DNA from: Macrostomum lignano
Lineage: Eukaryota
DNA: 64,000 bases
Direction of reading: 5' to 3'
Assembly: GCA_002269645.1 (NCBI GenBank)
Contig: NIVC01001188.1
Span: 48,257 to 112,256, forward strand
The notes under the pieces: model-generated
What the model was told of the DNA's origin: nothing
Seen by the model: the letters and a program-made list of their open reading frames with translations, nothing else
Databases searched by the model: none
Position numbers and translations under genes: made by a program
Shown: positions 43,701-53,242 of the stretch, in pieces
Layout of the letters: every line of letters begins with the position of its first letter
How positions within the stretch are numbered: position 1 is the first letter of the stretch

Positions 43701-46700
43701 GGTGTCCGGCAGGCTTAGAAGGCCTTCCACATCGCAGGCTGGCAGAGTTTTCACCAGGCTGAGGTAGGCGAAGGCGGCAATGGCCAGCAGGTGGACGCGG
43801 AGCAGCTGACGGCGCGAATGGCCGCTGGAGTAGGCGTGGACGAGGCGGAGCCGGGCGAACACATTGAAGCGGTCCTGGGAGATGGGGGGGGGACGACGAT
43901 TGCTTTGCGCAAGTTGGATGTGTTAGCGGCTCGTTAGCTCAGCGATTCTCTCACCTGTTCTTCACTTGACTATCTGAGCAATTCCCCTCGTTTGAACACG
44001 GGAGATTTGAGCGATTCCCCTCGTTTGAACACGGGAGATTTGAGCAATTCCCCTCGTTTGAACACGGGAGATTTGAGCAATTCCCCTCGTTTGAACACGG
44101 GAGATTTGAGCAATTCCCCTCGTTTGAACACGGAGATTTGAGCAATTCCCCTCGTTTGAACACGGAGATTTGAGCAATTCCCCTCGTTTGAACACGGAGA
44201 TTTGAGCAATTCCCCTCGTTTGAACACAGGAGATTTGAGCAATTCCCCTCGTTTGAACACGGGAGATTTGAGCAATTCCCCTCGTTTGAACACGGGAGAT
44301 TTGAGCAATTCCCCTCGTTTGAACACGGGAGATTTGAGCAATTCCCCCATTTGAACACAGAGATTTGAGCAGTTCCCCCATTTGAACACAGAGATTTGAG
44401 CAATTCCCCCATTTGAACACAGAGATTTGAGCAATTCACCCATTTGAACACAGAGATTTGAGCAATTCCCCCATTTGAACACAGAGATTTGAGCAGTTCC
44501 CCCATTTGAACACAGAGATTTGAGCAATTCCCCCATTTGAACAGAGAGATTTGAGCAATTTCCCCCATTTAAACAGAGATTTGAGCAATTTCCCCCATTT
44601 GAACAGAGATTTGAGCAATTCCCCCATTTGAACAGAGATTTGAGCAATTCCCCCATTTGAACACAGAGATTTGAGCAATTCCCCCATTTAAACAGAGATT
44701 TGAGCAATTCCCCCATTTAAACAGAGATTTGAGCAATTCCCCCATTTAAACAGAGATTTGAGCAATTCCCCCATTTGAACACAGAGATTTGAGCAATTCC
44801 CCCATTTGAACACAGAGATTTGAGCAGTTCCCCCATTTGAACACAGAGATTTGAGCAATTCCCCCATTTGAACAGAGAGATTTGAGCAATTTCCACCATT
44901 TGAACACAGAGATTTGAGCAATTTCCACCATTTGAACACAGAGATTTGAGCAATTTCCACCATTTGAACACAGAGATTTGAGCAATTCCCCCATTTGAAC
45001 ACAGAGATTTGAGCAATTTCCACCATTTGAACACAGAGATTTGAGCAATTTCCACCATTTGAACACAGAGATTTGAGCAGATCCCCCATTTGAACACAGA
45101 GATTTGAGCAATTTCCACCATTTGAACACAGAGATTTGAGCGATTCCCCCATTTAAACAGAGATTTGAGCAATTTCCACCATTTGAACACAGAGATTTGA
45201 GCAATTTCCACCATTTGAACACAGAGATTTGAGCAATTTCCACCATTTGAACACAGAGATTTGAGCAATTTCCACCATTAGAACACAGAGATTTGAGCAA
45301 TTTCCACCATTTGAACACAGAGATTTGAGCAATTTCCACCATTTGAACACAGAGATTTGAGCAATTTCCACCATTAGAACACAGAGATTTGTGCAATTTC
45401 CACCATTAGAACACAGAGATTTGTGCAATTTCCACAATTTAAACCAGAAATTTACAGCCACTGCTCACCTGCATGAGGTCGGGGGCAGCAAGCCGTGGCT
45501 CGTTGCGCAGCAGCAGCTCCATGTGAGCGCACGGATCGCCAGGCGTGGCCCCGCCAGGCTCCATGCGCAGCTCGCAGACGAAGGCGTCCCTGGCCGAGCC
45601 TGTCCGGCAGGGCACCAGCAGGCTGCGCGGCGGCGCATGCGAGAAGCCGTCCTGGGCCCAGTCGGCCAGGCGCCAGGGGCTGGCCGGGCCGCACCAGGAG
45701 CGGGACAGCGAGTACAGCACGGTGTAGAGCTGGGTGCGCACCGTTGGGTCCAGCTGCTCCAGCTGGGTGGAGGACTTCGCGAATGACAACAGAAGGCCCA
45801 GAACGGAGAGAGTCACGTCGTACCGGCGGGACTGCGCGATAAAGGGGGATCGTTATCGAGATTTATAAGATTTTATTTACAAAAAAACTTTTGTATACAC
45901 AGATCTCACAATTGGATTTCCAGTTTCAAACATCTCGACGATTCTTAGTTGGCGCCACAAACACTCTGGCCATCATCAGTTGGCGCCACAAACACCCCTG
46001 ACCATCAGCAGTTGGCGCCACAAACACCCCTGACCATCAGCAGTTGGCGCCACAAACCCCCTGACCATTAGCAGTTGGCGCCACAAACACCCCTAACCAT
46101 CAGCAGTTGGCGCCACAAACAGAATGACCATCAGCAGTTGGCGCCACAAACAGAATGACCATCAGCAGTTGGCGCCACAAACAGCCTGACCATCAGCAGT
46201 TGGCGCCACAAACACCCCTGACCATCAGCAGTTGGCGCCACAAACAGCCTGACCATCAGCAGTTGGCGCCACAAACACCCCTGACCATCAGCAGTTGGCG
46301 CCACAAACAGCCTGACCATCAGCAGTTGGCGCCACAAACAACCTAACCATCAGCAGTTGGCGCCACAAACACCCCTGACCATCAGCAGTTGGCGCCACAA
46401 ACACCCCTGACCATCAGCAGTTGGCGCCACAAACAGCCTGACCATCAGCAGTTGGCGCCACAAACCCCCTGACCATCAGCAGTTGGCGCCACAAACAGCC
46501 TGACCATCAGCAGTTGGCGCCACAAACAACCTAACCATCAGCAGTTGGCGCCACAAACACCCCTGACCATCAGCAGTTGGCGCCACAAACACCCCTGACC
46601 ATCAGCAGTTGGCGCCACAAACAGCCTGACCATCAGCAGTTGGCGCCACAAACAACCTAACCATCAGCAGTTGGCGCCACAAACACCCCTGACCATCAGC

Positions 46701-47432
46701 AGTTGGCGCCACAAACAGCCTGACCATCAGCAGTTGGCGCCACAAACAACCTAACCATCAGCAGTTGGCGCCACAAACACCCCTGACCATCAGCAGTTGG
46801 CGCCACAAACAACCTAACTATCAACACTTGGCGCCACAAACAGCCTGACCATCAGCACTTGGCGCCACAAACAGCCTGACCATCAGCACTTGGCGCCACA
46901 AACAGCCTGACCATCAGCAGTTGGCGCCACAAAGTGCCAGAATACAAACACACAACCTCACCTGGAACAGAGTGAGCAGCCGATCAAAAGACCCATATAG
47001 CGATCGATAAACAGCGTGCTCAACCAGCAGCGATGTGAAATCCATGATGGAGCACACGGCGGAAGCCAGCTTCCCATTCTCGGGCAGATCAACAGCCAGA
47101 GTCCAGGTCATGCTGGCTGTAGCAGCGGTGGCGCCTTCTGCCTCGTTGGCACCAGACGAGGCGGCCGCCTGTGAAGCTGCTGCCGCGGTGGCCGCAGCGG
47201 CGCCGGTGTCCTTGTAGGCCGGCTCGCAGGCGGTTTCTAAGAAAGCATCGAACCTGTCCAGCACGTCGGCCCACAGGCCCAGCTCGCACTTGCCCCAGAC
47301 CCAGTGCGTGATGCCTTTGATGCGGGCCAGGAAGTCGGCGTCTGGCGCTGTCCGAAGCCAGTCCACTAGGGCCTTGCAGTCGGCCTCCTCGCAGCCGCAG
47401 TGTCCGGGAAGGCGGCTCCGATCTATCTTCAT
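23250..47432 (-). CDS. HUWE1: E3 ubiquitin-protein ligase HUWE1 (N-terminal ARM-like region, UBA, WWE-like, UBM repeats, C-terminal HECT); 14 coding exons, about 3,901 aa if the 1-nt frameshift in exon 6 is repaired
   Basis: N-terminus MKIDRSRL...[16 protein letters not shown] matches my recollection of HUWE1 MKVDRTKL...GKCELYHWVDLLDRFD. UBA: [19 protein letters not shown]-like: [21 protein letters not shown]: [15 protein letters not shown] ... RLPTAHTCFNQLDLP ... ECSEGYGLA*. All 13 introns are GT-AG with consistent phases. Confidence 0.96.
23500..24045. repeat. Imperfect ~20-28-bp repeat in HUWE1 intron 13, built on AGGTCAAAGGTCA
   Basis: Direct reading. Confidence 0.85.
24084..24274 (-). 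CDS. HUWE1: HUWE1 exon 13 (HECT C-lobe)
   Basis: [30 protein letters not shown]...RLPTAHT; catalytic Cys codon split TG|C. Confidence 0.96.
24412..24640. repeat. ~18-21-bp repeat (AGATTACCATCTGACCCC) in HUWE1 intron 12
   Basis: Direct reading. Confidence 0.88.
24728..25405 (-). CDS. HUWE1: HUWE1 exon 12 (HECT N-lobe)
   Basis: [15 protein letters not shown]...[14 protein letters not shown]...[10 protein letters not shown]. Confidence 0.97.
25450..26310. repeat. 34-bp minisatellite (CCCCATGTAGCTTAAGGGGAGATTCTTCCCCAAT), about 25 copies, HUWE1 intron 11
   Basis: Direct reading. Confidence 0.96.
26354..28915 (-). CDS. HUWE1: HUWE1 exon 11 (third UBM to start of HECT)
   Basis: ORF 26327-29002; [15 protein letters not shown] and [11 protein letters not shown] motifs. 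Confidence 0.95.
29016..31944 (-). CDS. HUWE1: HUWE1 exon 10 (acidic disordered region, UBM repeats)
   Basis: ORF 28662-31874; D/E tracts; [13 protein letters not shown] and [11 protein letters not shown] motifs. Confidence 0.93.
32038..32315 (-). CDS. HUWE1: HUWE1 exon 9 (acceptor position uncertain by a few codons)
   Basis: Phase-0 acceptor CCAACCGCAG; phase-2 donor AG|GTACAC. Confidence 0.75.
32388..35035. repeat. 24-bp minisatellite (AAGGTTCTCAGGGTAGTTGAGACC) with shorter variants, about 110 copies, HUWE1 intron 8
   Basis: Direct reading; source of spurious ORFs on both strands. Confidence 0.97.
35165..35627 (-). CDS. HUWE1: HUWE1 exon 8
   Basis: [12 protein letters not shown]...VLTPALFR; GT-AG. 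Confidence 0.87.
35672..35770. repeat. Short ~40-bp repeat, 2-3 copies, HUWE1 intron 7
   Basis: CAGGTTTGCGGAAGGGGATTCCGTTTCGGATTGAG recurs. Confidence 0.75.
35872..36437 (-). CDS. HUWE1: HUWE1 exon 7 (WWE-like segment)
   Basis: Acceptor CCCCACCCCAG; phase-2 donor AG|GTTCGA matches exon 8. Confidence 0.85.
36508..37305. repeat. 24-bp G-rich minisatellite (GGGATGGGTATGGGATCAGTGTGT), about 33 copies, HUWE1 intron 6
   Basis: Direct reading. Confidence 0.95.
37326..38206 (-). CDS. HUWE1: HUWE1 exon 6 (UBA domain); 881 bp, one base short, with a frameshift near 38072
   Basis: Two overlapping ORFs (37943-38206 and 37311-38036) join with a 1-nt correction. Confidence 0.85.
38405..39000. repeat. 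42-bp minisatellite, 14 copies, each with TGACGTCA, HUWE1 intron 5
   Basis: 14-aa periodicity ([14 protein letters not shown]) counted 14 times in ORF 38382-39011. Confidence 0.96.
39042..39332 (-). CDS. HUWE1: HUWE1 exon 5
   Basis: Acceptor CCCCGCCAG, donor AAG|GTGAGG; 291 bp. Confidence 0.85.
39530..40068. repeat. 28-bp minisatellite (GGGATCAGCGGCATTGGGATCTGGGATG), about 19 copies, HUWE1 intron 4
   Basis: Direct reading. Confidence 0.94.
40211..41242 (-). CDS. HUWE1: HUWE1 exon 4
   Basis: [16 protein letters not shown]...; GT-AG; 1032 bp. Confidence 0.92.
41325..42790. repeat. 25-bp minisatellite (CAGGTCTCACCCTGAGATTAATGTA), about 58 copies, HUWE1 intron 3
   Basis: Direct reading. Confidence 0.96.
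42978..43874 (-). CDS. HUWE1: HUWE1 exon 3
   Basis: [11 protein letters not shown]...[19 protein letters not shown]; 897 bp. Confidence 0.92.
43965..45440. repeat. 29-33-bp minisatellite (TGAGCAATTCCCCCATTTGAACACAGAGATT), about 47 copies, HUWE1 intron 2
   Basis: Direct reading; unit variants are arranged in blocks. Confidence 0.96.
45469..45831 (-). CDS. HUWE1: HUWE1 exon 2
   Basis: Acceptor ATCGCGCAG; [19 protein letters not shown]; 363 bp. Confidence 0.9.
45948..46932. repeat. 31/32-bp minisatellite (TTGGCGCCACAAACACCCCTGACCATCAGCAG), about 31 copies, HUWE1 intron 1
   Basis: Direct reading. Confidence 0.96.
46962..47432 (-). CDS. HUWE1: HUWE1 exon 1
   Basis: ATG at 47432; donor CAG|GTGAGG; 471 bp. 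Confidence 0.95.
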
Positions 47433-50400
47433 TGGTCTTGCCTGTCTGACTGCTTTATTAAGCTAGCAGACAAGTGCACACTGGATTCCTGCGCAGGATC
47501 TGTGTGCTTCTGATTTTTTAAAGTTAAGCAAAAAACTCAAATTTAAGTTATAGTTAGAGCTCTGAAATTTAGTGAGAATAGTTTAATGACAGTGAATAAT
47601 CTAAAAAAAAATCATTAAAATGGGTCACTAAATATGCCTATAAAATTAACAGCATGTACAAATTTTCTTTAAATTAGCAAAAGGAATGCTTTGAAGTATG
47701 ATTTGTATTAGTCAATAATCATAATTCATTTTTGAACAAAAATTATTAAAACTGGGTTTTCATGGGGTTTAAAGTCAGGATGCCATCTGGGATCAGTTAA
47801 AATTACAAAATCATATATTAGCATCTCTACTCTATCCACAATATTGCTAAGCTTATCTGACCCATATGAGTTGCAGAAGTCTTCAAATGTCAAGAATCTC
47901 AATTAATTATTTGTACTTTAAGTGAAATAGGAATTATATAAAATATGGAACTTTAGTCACTTTAAGTTTATATATTTTAGCAATCTACTTTATTATTAAA
48001 TTTTTAAAAAGCAGGTAAACTTTCCTATAATTTTTTAAAATAAAAATATATTGGCATACTATGCAATTTAAATCATTTTTCTTAGGCTTTAACAACAAGT
48101 ATTTAATGCTCTTTTCACTTTTGATTTGTTGGTTTTTAATGACTTGTATAAGCCACTCTTCTTTTTTTCTAGTTTTCTCTTGTCTGTTTCATTCATTTGT
48201 TGATATTTTTTATTCTTTCTACCCCTTAAAATGTTGGTACTTGGTTGATTGGTTCTACAATATACCTAACCAGATTGATTGGTATTATATATTAGAGTTC
48301 AACTATAGCTATATATATATAGCTATGGGAAGGTTTATCTAGAGGTTTTATGCAAAACATATAGATATTGTTATAGGAATATATTTACCATATCTAACAA
48401 TACTAGCTTAATACCTAAGACCAGATATTATACAATGCATATTGTCACTAGAACAATTATTTATTAAATCCTTAATATAATAATATTTATTATACCTAAA
48501 GTCAATTATATCCTACCCTTTAGACTAGGCTTGTACTTTCTAACTTATGCCCTAAATTTCTAAATATCAATTGAGTTTTAATGGACCTAACACCCTAAGC
48601 CTAGGCAAAAATAATAGTTACATATGTATATTTTCTATCTTTTAAAACAAAAAACTGTTGCTTTGAAAAAAATAATTTAGCAGCCTAATGAGTTTCAATA
48701 AAACAACTACAAATATTATATGTTATTATAGTTAATGTTAGTCAACTAAAAAATATATTGAAACAAAAATTAAAAAGATTTAAGGCTTTATTAGATAGCA
48801 GTGAATATTTATCCAATATTAGACACATAAATTTGTTGCTTATATTTTTTAATACTAATAGGTAAATAAAATCATTATTTATGCAGTACTCCTTTATTTT
48901 TTTACTTAATAGTCCTAATCTGCTGCATTTTGATATAGTTTTATATTTGCATTTTTATAGATATAGATATATACACTCTGTCTAAATTATTGTTATCTCT
49001 TTAAATATGCACATAGCTTAACATTAGGGCCTATGACTATACAATTGATTGAAGGTGCAAATTTAAAAAAATTTGAAAAGGGGCACAAAATACTAAGTAA
49101 GGCATTATTACTATAGTATATGTTTATATATAATAATATATCTTTTTTATTTATTGAATCTATATATAAAAATGTAAAAATTTCAACTCAATAAGGGCAA
49201 GCCTTATGTATGTCTCTTTTCTTTCCTAAATCTGCTACCACTGATTAATTGGTTTTAAAAGTAAAGAAAAAATAGTATTAAATAGTATGCATTATTTAAC
49301 TAATATAATCATAATTGCATATATAATAGGCCCACCTAGGCCTACTATATATTTCTTTAATTATCAAGATAAAGTTTTAGTCAAGATTACAATATTATAA
49401 AACTGTACTATATGGTTACTAACTAGCAATAAAATGCTATACTAATTACTAAATTTCTGAGAGGGAGACAAAGAGTAAAAATATATATAGAAGAAATAGG
49501 TAAAGAGAAAAATGAAGACTTCAAATTGATAGAGAAACCCACTATGGCACTAGGACCAATGAGAAAAAAAGATAAAGAAGAAATTAAAATCTAGAAAGAA
49601 TGAGCTATAGAATAAGAACCTATATAAAAAGAAAAGAAAGTTATTTAATTTTATTATTAATAAATATGATATTTATTCTAAAAGTATCAAGTAAAGTATT
49701 ATCAAAATGCTAATATGAACAATTTTGCCTATAAACAAGCTCATAACAATAGATAAATAAAACTAGAAAAATATTATTTATCTCATACTATACAAGTCAC
49801 AAGTAAAAACAGCATTCATCCAATACTAGACAATTAACATTGGATAGACAACCAACATTATTCATCTACTAAAAGTCAAAAAAGAGAAATAAAAGCAACA
49901 TAAATTTGTCAAATAGGGGAATGAATAGACATAGCACTTCCTTACTTAGATTGTTTGAGAAACATTAAATATTTTTTTAAAAGCTGAAATAGTAGAAGAC
50001 CATAGAATCCCTAATTCTAAAATCCTAAATATTTGACATTGATATCTAGTCAGTTAACTTTAGGTCAGCCACTTTTAGTCAATGACAATAGTTAGAAAGT
50101 AGCAAATAAATGGCGACAGTTCTATTCTAAGCCTAGAAAGGCTTCAGACAAGGGCAAGGCCCATGGCAATTTTTCATTAGGTAGGTTAATTATATTTATC
50201 CTGCTGCTAGTTAAGGACTCAAAAGGGATGGATGGATTGTTGCCTGGACCTGCAATGCGAATATAACGGAAGAGTTAGTGTTCGAGCTTTAAAAACGCGA
50301 TATCTTAAAAAACACCTTCAGGTGTACGAGAAAAATATCTATAGATTATTATTAAGTTGGTACAGCAAACTCAAATTTAAACTAAGGCAAACAAGAAATC

Positions 50401-52068
50401 CAAAGAATTGTATTAAATATATATTCTCCGAATTAACTGTTTATTTAGTTCTAAGTAACAAGTGGCTAACCCATTTGGACAAAACTAATCATGTTTGCAG
50501 TTTAAATGCACCACTACATAAAAATTTAAATTTTGTAGTGTGGTGGCCACACGAAAAAAATTGAACCATCCATGTAATGTAAGCTGAAGCCATTAATAAT
50601 ACTATACCTATCCAATACCTTTATTATTAGCCTAAATCTCATTACAAAATGTTTTTGCCATTTTTTGCCTAAGATGGTCTAATTTATAGACAGCTTGAAA
50701 ATTTTACTTATTTATTTAAAAAAAATAGTAATTTTTTCGATTACATATTTTTATAAACTCATTAACTGCATTTTATAGGCCTAATTCTAAAAACTAAGCA
50801 TTCAAACAAATGTAATTTAAGCAAAAAATATAAGTTAGCTTTATTCATTTTTTTCAATTCAAGAATAGTTACTAAATCAAACATTTGCCTAGTACCCTAT
50901 AGGCTTTTGAATCAAAACAGCATTTTAGAAATTCGCCTAGGCCTAACCTACACCTGGTGCAAAATTTGATCCCAACTTCTCTTCAAAGAGCCAGATAACT
51001 TCAGACATGAGGCCTAATACATAGGCTTACTATATAGGCCTAATTTAGACTTTTTAGATATCTATTAGGGGCCTAGGCCTAGGCCTACCTTAGTACCTAC
51101 CCTATCTTGTTTTAGATGCCATTTGATATTAATTCAAAGCATATATGTGCAAATGCTAAAATTACACCAGGGGCCTAGCTATATCATGTGGCCTAGTTTT
51201 GACTAAAAATTGATATATTTAAAAATCTTCCATGACAAAAATTCTAGGCTAGCATAGGCCTAGCAAGTTATTAGTTATTTATTATTATTTCATTTAATAG
51301 GCCCTATATATGATCTTTTTATAGGTAGGCCCATAAGCTATAGATTTTATAGTTTTAAGCAAATGATATCATGAAATGATTTTTTGGACTTGTTTTAAAT
51401 ATGAGAAATATTCAAAAATAAATATGAATGACCTTATATCTCAACTTTGATAAGCCACTTTGGCTTGATTTTTTACCACTTTATATAGCAAAAGCAGTAT
51501 GTTATGAGTATAAAATATAAAAATCAATAAAAATCATTAATACATTTCAGTGCAATTTGCGAGTAATTATTCATGTTTGGTCCCCTTTTATATATATTCT
51601 AGCGTGGCTATAAATAGTGCTGACCAATGATGCATGTATATATGACATGGCCAAAGCTAGTTATGGGATAAAAAAATCAAGGAGGTCCTATCCAAAGCCT
51701 ACTTAGATAGTCCACTATCTAAAAGATATCTATTGCCTAATTTGACAGAAAAAAGGGATTTGATACCAAAGGCCAGCAAAAGTTCAGCCTAGAGAAGACC
51801 AAATGCTTAGTGAGACACTCCTATTTAGAAAGCAGTGGAATTGAGCTATTATATGAAAATTGAGGAATTAATAGCCAAATTCAGCTTTTCTATTAGGCCT
51901 AGCTTTATCTGTTTGATCCTCTACAAAGATCTTGACCTAGCCAAGTAGCAAAGGTTTTCTATTGTGATAATGTCTATTAATGATTAGGTCTATTCAGCAG
52001 AAAATGTAAAAGAGTTTTCTAGAAAGATATTTGATCTATATATTTCCTCATGCATTATACTTGTTATA

Positions 52069-52671
52069 CTGTCCGTCAAAAGTTCCGGAACCCTTGCTAC
52101 AATGTCTTCTAGCAGACATAATTTCAGTCCGTTTCAATTGTAACTTGATTCAAATTAAAGCTGTAGATCTCAGCTCCATGACGTGGTCAAGAAAAAGTTT
52201 ATTCAAAGGAGCGCGTGTGAACAGGCCAGTGTTATATACATAAAGGTTAGAGAAAAAAAGTGAGGAAAAGACAAACAAGCAATTGTCCATGGTTGCTGAG
52301 TCTATGGAGCAAACACACATGGGAAGGAATCGGTTTGCGCGCAGTGTTCAGCCTGGCTAACATTAGTCTATGGCCAAAACTTGTGTTGAAATCAATAGGC
52401 TCTTATAAATTCTTGTGTAGTCAGCTTTCATGGGAGAGTAAAAAAGAGTAAAAAACAATTGCTTGTTTATCTTTTCCTCACTTTTTTCTCTAACCTCTAT
52501 GTACATAACACTGGCCTGTTCACACGCACTCCTTCGAATAAACTTTTTCTTGACCACATCATGGAGCTGAGATCCGCAGCTTTCATTTGAATCAAGTTAC
52601 AATTGAAATAGACTGAAATTATGTCCGCTAGAAGACATCGTAGCAAGGGTTCCAGAACTTTTGACGGACAG
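52069..52671. mobile_element. Non-autonomous Tc1/mariner-type MITE, 603 bp, ~217-bp TIRs, TA target duplication
   Basis: TA|CTGTCCGTCAAAAGTTCCGGAACCC ... GGGTTCCAGAACTTTTGACGGACAG|TA; the inverted match extends over about 52069-52286 versus 52455-52671. Confidence 0.92.
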
Positions 52672-53242
52672 TATAGATTTGATTTCCTCATACTTCTGGC
52701 TCATCCTAAGTCCATTTTTTGTCACTTTCCAAATCTAGCTTCCTGGGGTCACTGTAAGCAGAATGACATATCATTTGTGTACATGAGTTAATTGGGCTCC
52801 ACTTTATTAGCTGATGGCCATTTTGTCTATAAATGGCATAACTAGGGAGCTAAGGAAAAAAAAGCCATGGCTATCCTTGGCTAGATAATAATTTGTAATA
52901 TCTTGCCTTGTTTATAGGGTTTTTAACTGATATCATTGATTGAAAAGTTTATTATAAGTTGCCTTCTGGTTATAGCATAGCTATTATAATTTGACATACA
53001 TATTTGATATACAATACTAGGTGCTATAAAATATCTTGGTGCTATAGGCTAGACAGTAGACATTAAATAGATTAGACTTACTAAGTTAGCCAAGTATAGC
53101 AGCTAGAGGCCACTTGGTCAAAGATACTCAACTAGGTTAGGCATGTATCCGCAGTAATAATGTTACTAGGTGCCAATAAGAATTTATAATAATTTCAACT
53201 CTTTTCAGAGAATAAGAAGCCAGAGCAGCAACAGCTGATCGC

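Noticed and set aside
26360-45842. Plus-strand and alternative-frame ORFs overlapping HUWE1 exons
   Set aside because: Shadow ORFs typical of GC-rich coding sequence.
49024-49243. Possible decayed MITE ending CCTAAATCTGCTACCACTG
   Set aside because: Resemblance to GGCGGATTTAGG-type termini is from memory only; no matching left TIR could be identified.
48061-50564. AT-rich ORFs 48061-48342 and 50232-50564
   Set aside because: Codon usage unlike the GC-rich genes here; short and without homology.
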